Source: Vescimonas coprocola | GTDB taxonomy: Bacteria; Bacillota_I; Bacilli_A; RF39; UBA660 | Length of the DNA stretch: 64,000 nt | Assembly (NCBI GenBank): GCA_963660615.1 | Contig: CAVKYE010000005.1 | Location: 3,349-67,348, forward strand | Reading direction: 5' to 3' | Shown here: positions 56,676-64,000 of the stretch, piece after piece | Layout of the letters: every line of letters starts with the position of its first letter | Numbering within the stretch: the first letter of the stretch is position 1 | Program-made: the position numbers and the translations under genes | The notes under the pieces: generated by a model | What the model saw: the letters and a program-made list of their open reading frames with translations, nothing else | Told to the model about the DNA's origin: nothing | Database searches by the model: none

Positions 56676-58629
56676 AAAATTTTACAGTTTTATTTGTTTT
56701 ATATATTTTATTATTTATTTCGATGTAGATGGTGTATTTTCCTTTTAAGCCTTCACTATTTATGTATTTGTTTATGGTGATTCCTTCTTTGGTTTCTTTT
56801 TCAGTGAATACATCTACACATAAGGCGGTGTATGGGTGTTTGCTTACTCTAACGTTGTAGACTAGTGATGTCATATTTTTGTATAGTAGTATGTTTACGT
56901 TGGCTCCTTTTTTGAAGGTTCCTTCTAGGACTAGTCTATCTTCTTCTTTGGTTAATTTTATTTTATGTTTTTTATAATTTTTATCTATTTGTTTTGCTGA
57001 TAGGATAAATCCGTTTCTTTTGTCATTGTATTCTGTTTGTCCTAGGGTTCCTAGTTTTTTGGCTTTTTTGAAGGTTCTTTTTTTATCTGCTTTTGTGTAG
57101 AGACTCATTTTTTCTACTCGGTAGTTATTGGTGTTTAGTTTTAGTTCGAAAACTTTTTTATCATTTATTAGTTCTACGGTGTCACTTAATAGTTCGTCTG
57201 AACCGGCTATTCCAGCGGGTTGATTTTGTATTTTTCCATCTTTATATGATATTCCACCTGAATGGATTATGTAATGATTTTTTTCTATGTAGTCTACATC
57301 TGATATATATGGAGAGTAGAATTTACTTCCTCTTTCTTTTCCATATTGCCATATTTGGGTTGCGGTCATATTTTTGGTGTTTATTTTATACATTACACCT
57401 CTACTATAGCTATTTTCGGCTGGTGTGTATTCTTCTTTGTTTTTTGATTTATTGTTTCCGTTATCAAATAGGAATAGGTATCCTTCTTTGGTTATCATTG
57501 CGGCGTGTTGGGACCATTGAAATTCGGTTTTTTTATTGCCTTTTTTTAAAAAGTATTTTTGGTATTTTTTGTTCCAGTTTGTACTGTCACCTAGAATCCA
57601 ATTTAGTTTTCCACTGGTGTAGTCTATGTTGATGACGGCGTCTTGATGACGTCCTGATAGGGTTATGGAGTTTGTTTTTTTGTCATACCATACGGAGTTG
57701 TTGTGGAACCAATCGTATTCGCTCCAGTTTTCGCTTTTGCCATCTTCCATGTTTAGGATTTTTTTCAGGTCAATTTTTTTGACTATTTTACCGGTTTTTC
57801 TATCTAGTTCTACGATGTAATCTTCTACTGTTCCATATTCATTGTTGAAGTCGTCTGAAGCTATTAATAGGTTGCCATTTTCCATTTCGTAGTAGTCGTG
57901 ATGATATCCACCTTTTAGACTATATTCTGCATATATTTTTCCCATTAGGTCCATTTCATATAGGCCTGTCATATAATATGGAGTGTTTATTAGTCTTTCG
58001 GTACTTAGTAATAAGTGTCCATTTTTTAGTCTTGTATTTTGCCATAGGGCTTCGTTTGTTAAGTACCATCTGACATCACCGTTTATGTCGTAAGCACAGG
58101 TATATCCTTTGCTTGATGGGGTGAAGAAATATAAATCGTTTGTTAGTTTGTCTTCGTCTTTATAAACGTCTTTTACGGTTACAAAGTCATCTGGTAGTTT
58201 GTCTGTTTTGATTTTTATTTCTTTTTTTGTTTTTCCATATTCTATGATAATGGTGTTTTCTTTGTCTGGGTAAAGTCCATAAATATTTAAATAGTGTTTT
58301 TTGCTTTTTTCAGCGGTGTATGTAAAGGTTGTTTTTTCACTTTTTCCTTTTATGGTTACTTTTGGACTTACTTTATTTTTGGTTTCAAACATTATTAGGG
58401 CGGTTAGTGGTGAGTTGCCGTATGGATTTAATATTACGTTTGGTCTATTTATGGTGTATCCTTCGGTTTTAAATTTTTTTTCTATTTTTTCTTGTTTTGT
58501 TATTAGGGATTCTTTTGTTTTTAATTCTTTTCCGTTATTTGAAATTTGGTTTAGGGTTATTATGGTGATGAGGGCTATTGCTAGTACGATTAATAATGTT
58601 ATTACGATTATTTTTATCTTTTTTTTCAT
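56674..58629 (-). CDS. arylsulfotransferase (ASST) family protein, membrane-anchored/secreted
   Basis: N-terminal signal-anchor. WFHNNSVWYD.., LSGRHQDAVINIDYTSGKLNWILG, typical of the ASST beta-propeller. Confidence 0.75.
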   Translation of the reverse strand: MKKKIKIIVITLLIVLAIALITIITLNQISNNGKELKTKESLITKQEKIEKKFKTEGYTINRPNVILNPYGNSPLTALIMFETKNKVSPKVTIKGKSEKTTFTYTAEKSKKHYLNIYGLYPDKENTIIIEYGKTKKEIKIKTDKLPDDFVTVKDVYKDEDKLTNDLYFFTPSSKGYTCAYDINGDVRWYLTNEALWQNTRLKNGHLLLSTERLINTPYYMTGLYEMDLMGKIYAEYSLKGGYHHDYYEMENGNLLIASDDFNNEYGTVEDYIVELDRKTGKIVKKIDLKKILNMEDGKSENWSEYDWFHNNSVWYDKKTNSITLSGRHQDAVINIDYTSGKLNWILGDSTNWNKKYQKYFLKKGNKKTEFQWSQHAAMITKEGYLFLFDNGNNKSKNKEEYTPAENSYSRGVMYKINTKNMTATQIWQYGKERGSKFYSPYISDVDYIEKNHYIIHSGGISYKDGKIQNQPAGIAGSDELLSDTVELINDKKVFELKLNTNNYRVEKMSLYTKADKKRTFKKAKKLGTLGQTEYNDKRNGFILSAKQIDKNYKKHKIKLTKEEDRLVLEGTFKKGANVNILLYKNMTSLVYNVRVSKHPYTALCVDVFTEKETKEGITINKYINSEGLKGKYTIYIEINNKIYKTNKTVKF

Positions 58630-58757
58630 CTTTTTACCTCCTACATTTTTTATTTTACTTGATTATTTTTTTAAATACAATAAAGTAAAGGTAGAAGTTT
58701 ACTAAACTTTTGGTTGAGTTATGGTTTTGTTTTATTTGAAATATTTTGTGATTTTTC

Positions 58758-58788
58758 TTGACTTAGAGTTAGCTCTAGGTGTTATAAT
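58758..58788 (+). promoter_or_regulatory. MerR-type promoter with 19-nt spacer and dyad operator
   Basis: TTGACT, 19 nt (TAGAGTTAGCTCTAGGTGT containing the TAGAG..CTCTA dyad), TATAAT. Confidence 0.65.
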
Positions 58789-58807
58789 TTTGTTGTAGGA
58801 GGGTTAT

Positions 58808-59164
58808 ATGACGATTGGGGATATAAGTAAAAAGTATGATTTATCTTGTGATACGTTGAGGTATTATGAAAAAATTGGCCTTCTTAGGAATGTTAAAAGA
58901 GTTAATGGTAAGAGGGATTATTCTTCTTTGAATGAGAAGGATTTGAATTTTATTCTTTGTATGAAAAATGCGGGTTTTGATTTGGAAAGTATTATTAAGT
59001 TTTTGAATCTTTATGAGTTGGGTGATGATACTTTGGACGAGAGAATTTCTATGCTTTTTAGGCAAAGGGAAAAGCTTGTGGATAAAATTAAAGAAAAGGA
59101 AAAAATTATGGAATTTTTGAATTATAAAATTAATTATTATGAGGGAAAGAGGAATGTTAAATGA
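58808..59164 (+). CDS. MerR family transcriptional regulator
   Basis: MTIGDISKKYDLSCDTLRYYEKIGLL HTH. Confidence 0.85.
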   Translation: MTIGDISKKYDLSCDTLRYYEKIGLLRNVKRVNGKRDYSSLNEKDLNFILCMKNAGFDLESIIKFLNLYELGDDTLDERISMLFRQREKLVDKIKEKEKIMEFLNYKINYYEGKRNVK

Positions 59165-59610
59165 AAGTGATTGTATATTATTCTTATAGTGGAAATACTA
59201 GGAGAATTGCGAATAAATTAAAGGATAGATTAGGCTGTGATATTTTTGAAATTACACCTTTAAAGCCTTATACTAATGATTATAATAAGCTTGTGGAAGA
59301 GGCAAAGGGGTATGCTTTGGATAATGCGATGCCTCTTATTAATGAGGTAAATTTGGATAAGTATGATGAGATTGTTTTACTTACGCCTGTTTGGTGGTAC
59401 ACGTATGCTTCGCCTATAAATACGTTTTTAAATTCTTATGATTTTAGTGATAAGGTTTTTTACGCTATTGCTACTAATGCGGGGTGGCTTGGTCATACTT
59501 TTGAGGATATTGAAAAGATAGTATGTGTTAGAAAAACTTTGAATTTGGTTTTTGATAATGGTGTTTTAAAAAATGAAGATGATTTTGATAATTGGGTGTG
59601 TAATTTATAA
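59161..59610 (+). CDS. flavodoxin-like protein
   Basis: MKVIVYYSYSGNTRRIA N-terminus; ATGA overlap with the merR-like gene. Confidence 0.75.
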   Translation: MKVIVYYSYSGNTRRIANKLKDRLGCDIFEITPLKPYTNDYNKLVEEAKGYALDNAMPLINEVNLDKYDEIVLLTPVWWYTYASPINTFLNSYDFSDKVFYAIATNAGWLGHTFEDIEKIVCVRKTLNLVFDNGVLKNEDDFDNWVCNL

Positions 59611-59629
59611 TGGAAAGTTGGTGTAATAT

Positions 59630-60364
59630 ATGATAAAACAAACTGCAGGAAGAGATACTTTGGGGGAATTTGCGCCTAAGTTCGCACATTATAATGATGA
59701 TATTTTATTTGGAGAGAATTGGAATGATAGTTCTATTGATTTAAAAACTAGATGTATGATTACGGTTGTTTCATTAATGTCTAGTGGGATTACAGATAAT
59801 TCTTTAAGGTATCATTTGGAAAATGCGAGAAAAAATGGTGTTACTTGTGAGGAGATGGCTGGAATTATAACTCATACGGCGTTTTATGCTGGATGGCCTA
59901 AGGCTTTTGCGACTTTTAATTTGGCTAAGGAGGTATATGCTTCTGATTTGAAAACTGTAAATCATGGTGGCTTTTTTGGTTTAGGGGATTTTAATGATGC
60001 TTATGCTGATTATTTTTCTGGTAGATCTTATTTGAATCCGCTTGTAAAGACGGATGATGTGTTTTTGGCTAATGTGACTTTTGAACCTGGGTGCCGTAAT
60101 AACTGGCATATTCATCATGCTAAATCTGGTGGGGGACAGATTTTAATTTGTGTTGATGGAGATGGTTTTTATCAGGAAGAAGGAAAAGAGGTTAGAAGAT
60201 TACATGTTGGTGATGTTGTTGTTATTCCTGCTAATGTGAAACATTGGCATGGTGCTACTCATGATTCTTGGTTTAGTCATATTGTGGTGGAGGTAGTAGG
60301 AGATGAGAGGTCTAATGAATGGTGTGAGCCTGTTAGTGATACTTGGTATGATAAAATTTTGTAA
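59630..60364 (+). CDS. carboxymuconolactone decarboxylase (CMD)-family domain fused to cupin domain
   Basis: LDLKTRCMITVV..HTAFYAGWPKA (CMD), then NNWHIHHA..GDVVVIPANVKHWHGA (cupin). Confidence 0.7.
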   Translation: MIKQTAGRDTLGEFAPKFAHYNDDILFGENWNDSSIDLKTRCMITVVSLMSSGITDNSLRYHLENARKNGVTCEEMAGIITHTAFYAGWPKAFATFNLAKEVYASDLKTVNHGGFFGLGDFNDAYADYFSGRSYLNPLVKTDDVFLANVTFEPGCRNNWHIHHAKSGGGQILICVDGDGFYQEEGKEVRRLHVGDVVVIPANVKHWHGATHDSWFSHIVVEVVGDERSNEWCEPVSDTWYDKIL

Positions 60365-60366
60365 TA

Positions 60367-61269
60367 ATGGAAAGGAAGATGTTTGTGGAAAAATCTAAGG
60401 TGTATTTTATTAAAGGTGTTACTGAAGAAAATTTGGTAAAGGTTTATGATGCTTTGGGGATTGATTTAAAAGGTAAGACTGCGGTTAAACTTCATTCTGG
60501 AGAGGATGGTAATCAGAATTATGTAAGGCCTTTGTTTGTGAAATCATTAATTGATAAGGTTTCTGGTACTGTTGCTGAGTGTAATACGGCTTATAGTGGG
60601 GCTAGAAATTCTACTAGCAAGCATGAGAAACTTATGGAGAAACATGGTTGGACTAAATATTTTGATGTTGATATTTTAGATAGTGAGGGTCCTGATTTGG
60701 TTTTGGATATTCCTTTTGGTCATGTTATTAAGAAAGATTATGTTGGAGGAAATATTAAAAATTATGATAGTATGCTTGTTTTGTCTCATTTTAAGGGTCA
60801 TCCAATGGGAGGCTATGGCGGTGCTTTGAAACAATTATCTATTGGTGTGGCTTCTTCAAGGGGAAAGGCTTGGATTCATTCTGCTGGCAGGATAACAGAT
60901 CAAAGTAAATTATGGGATAATTTGCCTTCACAAGATATGTTTTTAGAGTCTATGGCTGATGCGGCTTTTGCGGTTCATAGGGAATTTGAAGGTAATATTG
61001 CTTATGTAAATATTATGTGTAATATGTCTGTCGATTGTGATTGTTGTGCGGTGGCTGAAGACCCTTGTATGAAGGATATTGGTATTTTGGCTAGTGCTGA
61101 TCCTATTGCTATTGATCAGGCATGTATTGATATTGTTTATAATTCTGATGATGAGGGTAAAAGTCATTTGATTGAAAGGATTGAATCAAGAAATGGTATT
61201 CATACTATTGAGGCTGCTAGTGAGCTTGGTTTTGGTAGTAGGGAATATGAACTTATTACTATTGAGTAG
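60367..61269 (+). CDS. DUF362 domain protein (start 60367 or 60379)
   Basis: SKVYF.., VKLHSGEDGNQNYVRP, LSHFKGHPMGGYGGALKQLS pattern of DUF362. Confidence 0.7.
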   Translation: MERKMFVEKSKVYFIKGVTEENLVKVYDALGIDLKGKTAVKLHSGEDGNQNYVRPLFVKSLIDKVSGTVAECNTAYSGARNSTSKHEKLMEKHGWTKYFDVDILDSEGPDLVLDIPFGHVIKKDYVGGNIKNYDSMLVLSHFKGHPMGGYGGALKQLSIGVASSRGKAWIHSAGRITDQSKLWDNLPSQDMFLESMADAAFAVHREFEGNIAYVNIMCNMSVDCDCCAVAEDPCMKDIGILASADPIAIDQACIDIVYNSDDEGKSHLIERIESRNGIHTIEAASELGFGSREYELITIE

Positions 61270-61497
61270 AGCTTTTTTACAGTTTTAAGTTATTATGTAC
61301 CAAAAAGGAAACATTTTAATTACTTTACGTAAATTTATTTTGATGAATTATCTTCTTTAAATATTACTTTTGGCTATAAAAAAATATAATGATTATTTTA
61401 AAACACTGTGTGTAGTTATTCACAGTTTTTTTGGCTATTAAAACTTAGGACACATATTTATGTTAGTTAAATAAGATATATTTAGGAGAGGATTTTA

Positions 61498-61770
61498 ATG
61501 AAAAATATTTCCCCACAACTTTATACTTTAAGTGCGGTAGCAGTAGGATTTATTTTGACTGAAGATAATAATGCTGATAGGCAAAATGCGATTGGTAACT
61601 GGCTTATGCTTGTGTCTCAGCTTATTTGCACTAATGCTTATTTTGTGGCTTTTCGTGATTCTAATAAATCTTCTTTTAATGGTGTTAGTGATGATGATAC
61701 TATTGATATGCTTTATAAGATGAAGGATGCTTTGGAAAAGGAGATAGATGAACTTAAAAAGAAAATGTAA
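61498..61770 (+). CDS. hypothetical small protein
   Basis: RBS AGGAGAGG; 90 aa with one or two hydrophobic segments. Confidence 0.45.
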   Translation: MKNISPQLYTLSAVAVGFILTEDNNADRQNAIGNWLMLVSQLICTNAYFVAFRDSNKSSFNGVSDDDTIDMLYKMKDALEKEIDELKKKM

Positions 61771-61840
61771 AATGTGTGGAATTTCATTTACAAAATTATG
61801 TGTCTATTATATAATAAGTAATTAGAAATGGGGAATTGTT

Positions 61841-62590
61841 ATGAAGGCATTAATTACGGGGGCGAGTTCTGGTCTTGGTGCGGATATGGCTAGGGTTTTA
61901 GTGAGTGAAGGTTATGAGGTTGTTTTGGTGGCTAGAAGAAAGACTAGGCTTGAGAAGCTTGCTAAAGAGCTTGGTGATAAGGCTAGTGTTATGGTGATGG
62001 ATGTTTCTAGTACTTATAATTGTATGGAGCTTTATAGGAAACTTAAGAAGGAAAATATTGACATTTTGATTAATAATGCGGGTTTTGGTTTATGTGGTGA
62101 GTTTTCGGATACTAAGCTTGATAAGGAACTTGATATGATTGATTTGAATGTGAAGACGGTGCATACTTTGACTAAGCTTTTTTTGGAGGATTTTAAAAAG
62201 AAAGATAAGGGTTATATTTTAAATGTGGCGTCTTCGGCTTCTTTTATGCCTGGGCCTTTAATGAGTACTTATTATGCTTCTAAGAGTTATGTTTATAATC
62301 TTTCAATGGCTATTTATGAGGAGTTAAGGCGTGATAATAGTAATGTTTCTATTAGTGTTTTATGTCCTGGACCTGTGGATACTGAGTTTAATAGGGTGGC
62401 TAATGTGAAGTTTGGTATTAAGGGTTTAGATAGTATGGATGTGGCAAGGTATGCTGTTAAGAATATGTTTAATGAGAAACTTATTATTATTCCTAGTGTT
62501 AGGATGAAAGTTTTAGTATTTTTGACTAGGTTTGTACCTAGAAAATTATTACTTAAGATTGTTTATGGTATTCAAAGTAAAAAGAGATAA
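61841..62590 (+). CDS. SDR family oxidoreductase
   Basis: ALITGASSGLG, NNAG, YYASKSY catalytic motif. Confidence 0.85.
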   Translation: MKALITGASSGLGADMARVLVSEGYEVVLVARRKTRLEKLAKELGDKASVMVMDVSSTYNCMELYRKLKKENIDILINNAGFGLCGEFSDTKLDKELDMIDLNVKTVHTLTKLFLEDFKKKDKGYILNVASSASFMPGPLMSTYYASKSYVYNLSMAIYEELRRDNSNVSISVLCPGPVDTEFNRVANVKFGIKGLDSMDVARYAVKNMFNEKLIIIPSVRMKVLVFLTRFVPRKLLLKIVYGIQSKKR

Positions 62591-62669
62591 TGATAGGACC
62601 ATTTGTTGATGGTTTTATTTGTTGAAAAAGTGGGTAATTTATATTATAATAATGTAAGTGGTGATATAA

Positions 62670-63479
62670 GTGAATAATATTGTGGAAATTAAGGATTTGA
62701 ATTTTTCTTATGGTGATGTTAAGGTTTTTGAAAATTTAAATTTGAAGATTGAATCTGGAACTTTTACGACTATTATTGGTCCTAATTCTTCTGGTAAGAG
62801 TACACTTCTTAAGCTTATTATTGGAACTTTATTTGGTGATAGTTTTGTTCATACATGTTCTTTAAGTGTTACTAAGGAAAATTTAACTGATGTTAGAAGA
62901 AATGTTTCGGTTGTTTTTTCTAATCCTGATGATTTTTTTGTAGCTGAAACGGTTATGGATGAAATTGCTTTTTCTTTGGAAAATATGAGGTATGATAAGG
63001 CTTCTATTCAAAGTAGGGTAGAGAGAATTGCTTATTTATTTGGTATAACTGGTATTTTGAATGAAAATCCTAGAAGTCTTGATGTTAATGCTAAGGCTTT
63101 GGTTTCATTTGCTTCTTCACTTGTTATTTCACCTAAGCTTATTGTGATTGATGGTGGTTTTAATTATTTGGATGCTGATTCTTTTTCTAAGGTTATGAAA
63201 ATCCTTAAGGATTTAAATAAGAATGATGGGTTAACTATTATTAATATTACAAATAATCCTGAGGATATTTTATATGGTGATAGGGTTATACTTTTAGATA
63301 AAGGTAAGGTTATTTTTAATACTGATTTATCTACTGCTTTAGATAGGGAAGATGATTTTATTTCTGCTAGACTTGATTTACCTTTTATGGTTAGTCTTTC
63401 TAATAAACTTAAGTTTTATAATCTTGTGCATGAGGTGGAAACTGATCCGGAAAAGTTGGTGGATGATTTATGGAAATAA
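62670..63479 (+). CDS. ecfA1: ECF transporter ATPase subunit EcfA1-like, with degenerate catalytic motifs
   Basis: Walker A GPNSSGKST retained. Q-loop VFSNPDD, signature position LDVNAKA, Walker B IVIDGG, H-loop ITNNP. Its position after rplQ matches Bacillota synteny. Confidence 0.75.
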   Translation: MNNIVEIKDLNFSYGDVKVFENLNLKIESGTFTTIIGPNSSGKSTLLKLIIGTLFGDSFVHTCSLSVTKENLTDVRRNVSVVFSNPDDFFVAETVMDEIAFSLENMRYDKASIQSRVERIAYLFGITGILNENPRSLDVNAKALVSFASSLVISPKLIVIDGGFNYLDADSFSKVMKILKDLNKNDGLTIINITNNPEDILYGDRVILLDKGKVIFNTDLSTALDREDDFISARLDLPFMVSLSNKLKFYNLVHEVETDPEKLVDDLWK

Positions 63480-64000
63480 AGGTAGAGAATGTTGATTATT
63501 TTGTAAATAGATATACTGATATGCAAAGGAAGGTTGTTTCTAATCTTAATATGACTATTTATGGTAATAAGATTACGGCGATTATTGGAGGTCCTGGGTC
63601 TTCTAAATCTACCATTTTAAATTTGCTTGGTGGAATTATTAAACCTTCTTGTGGTAGTATTTCTATTTGTAATGGTAAGACTACTATGGATATTGGTAGT
63701 TATAAGACACGTGTTGGTATTGTTTGTCAAGATCTTGAAAATTTGTTTTTTTGTGATACTGTGGAAAAGGAAATTGAGTTTGCTCTTAGGGGATTAAGTT
63801 TTGGTGATACTCCTTTAAAGAAAAGGGTTAGTGACTCTTTGAAAATGGTTGGTCTTGATGATTCTTATTTGAAAAGAAATCCTAAAAATCTTAGTAGTGG
63901 TGAGCAAAAGAGGCTGGGTCTTGCTACGGTTTTGGCTTTTAATCCGAAGGTGATTATTTTGGATGAGGTTAGTCTTGATTTGGATTCGGCTGGTCGAAAG
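63470..64000 (+). CDS. ecfA2: ECF transporter ATPase subunit EcfA2-like, 3' end outside window
   Basis: Hand translation: MEIKVENVDYF.., GGPGSSKST, VCQDLEN, LSSGEQKR, VIILDEVS. ATG overlaps the ecfA1 end. The frame stays open to the window edge. Confidence 0.75.
   Translation, partial: MEIKVENVDYFVNRYTDMQRKVVSNLNMTIYGNKITAIIGGPGSSKSTILNLLGGIIKPSCGSISICNGKTTMDIGSYKTRVGIVCQDLENLFFCDTVEKEIEFALRGLSFGDTPLKKRVSDSLKMVGLDDSYLKRNPKNLSSGEQKRLGLATVLAFNPKVIILDEVSLDLDSAGRK

Noticed and set aside
57093-58705. + strand ORFs 57093-57632 and 58301-58705
   Set aside because: They are antisense to the arylsulfotransferase gene, hydrophobic and low-complexity, with no RBS.
1-64000. Possibility of a Mycoplasma-type genetic code (TGA = Trp)
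   Set aside because: TGA terminates conserved genes at the expected length (CYTH protein at 3160-3162, dut, the DHH protein, ung). All conserved genes are intact under the standard code, with TGG at Trp positions.
1-64000. Prophage, IS element or integrative element with recombinase
   Set aside because: No integrase, transposase, terminase or capsid-like ORF was recognisable in any frame. Only the MobC/RHH remnant and gene fragments hint at past mobile DNA.

Overview
The window is a visibly AT-rich chromosome segment from a low-GC Bacillota-type organism, resembling Erysipelotrichia or a Mollicutes relative. It uses the standard genetic code: TGA ends conserved genes such as ung and the CYTH gene. 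Almost all genes are on the + strand.

Housekeeping content:
- 2-1903: the 3' part of an SNF2 helicase gene, followed by tRNA-His(GTG).
- 2.6-6.2 kb: a nucleotide-centred cluster (CYTH protein, guanylate-kinase-like fusion protein, EndoIII-like HhH-GPD protein, Maf).
- CBS-type family II pyrophosphatase and a SpoVT-like regulator.
- A Met-type T-box leader in front of a translationally coupled dut / DHH phosphoesterase / metG operon.
- tatD, a 3D-domain protein, rsmA, an AGCS transporter, ung, tilS, ftsH and gpsA (minus strand).
- 35.8-49.7 kb: a complete S10-spc-alpha ribosomal superoperon, rpsJ to rplQ including secY, adk, map, infA, rpmJ and rpoA. There is no rpmD (L30).
- ecfA1 and ecfA2 at the right edge.

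Accessory or unusual content:
1. 18.25-25.94 kb: two tandem cassettes of 'promoter, adenylate-forming ligase, 7TM hybrid histidine-kinase-like receptor'. The cytoplasmic halves of the two receptors are nearly identical at the nucleotide level over about 1.2 kb. Both have Gln in place of the phospho-accepting His.
2. 49.7-62.7 kb: a ~13 kb island between rplQ and ecfA1.
   - It opens with a tandem duplication (period 1519 bp) that left an internally deleted rplQ pseudogene and two paralogous coiled-coil proteins.
   - Next come a DUF4116-like repeat protein, a PP2C phosphatase with a large unknown N-terminal domain, another repeat protein, an arylsulfotransferase, a MerR-controlled redox cluster and an SDR.
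   - Its genes sit behind a shared promoter element, three copies of which carry uninterrupted T17/T17/T18 tracts as the promoter spacer. These are candidate phase-variation switches.
3. Gene-decay remnants: an M23 peptidase, a radical SAM enzyme, an AAA_14 ATPase, and a MobC/RHH mobilisation module.

I found no rRNA, CRISPR array, transposase or integrase. Everything here is reading by eye; no database search was run.
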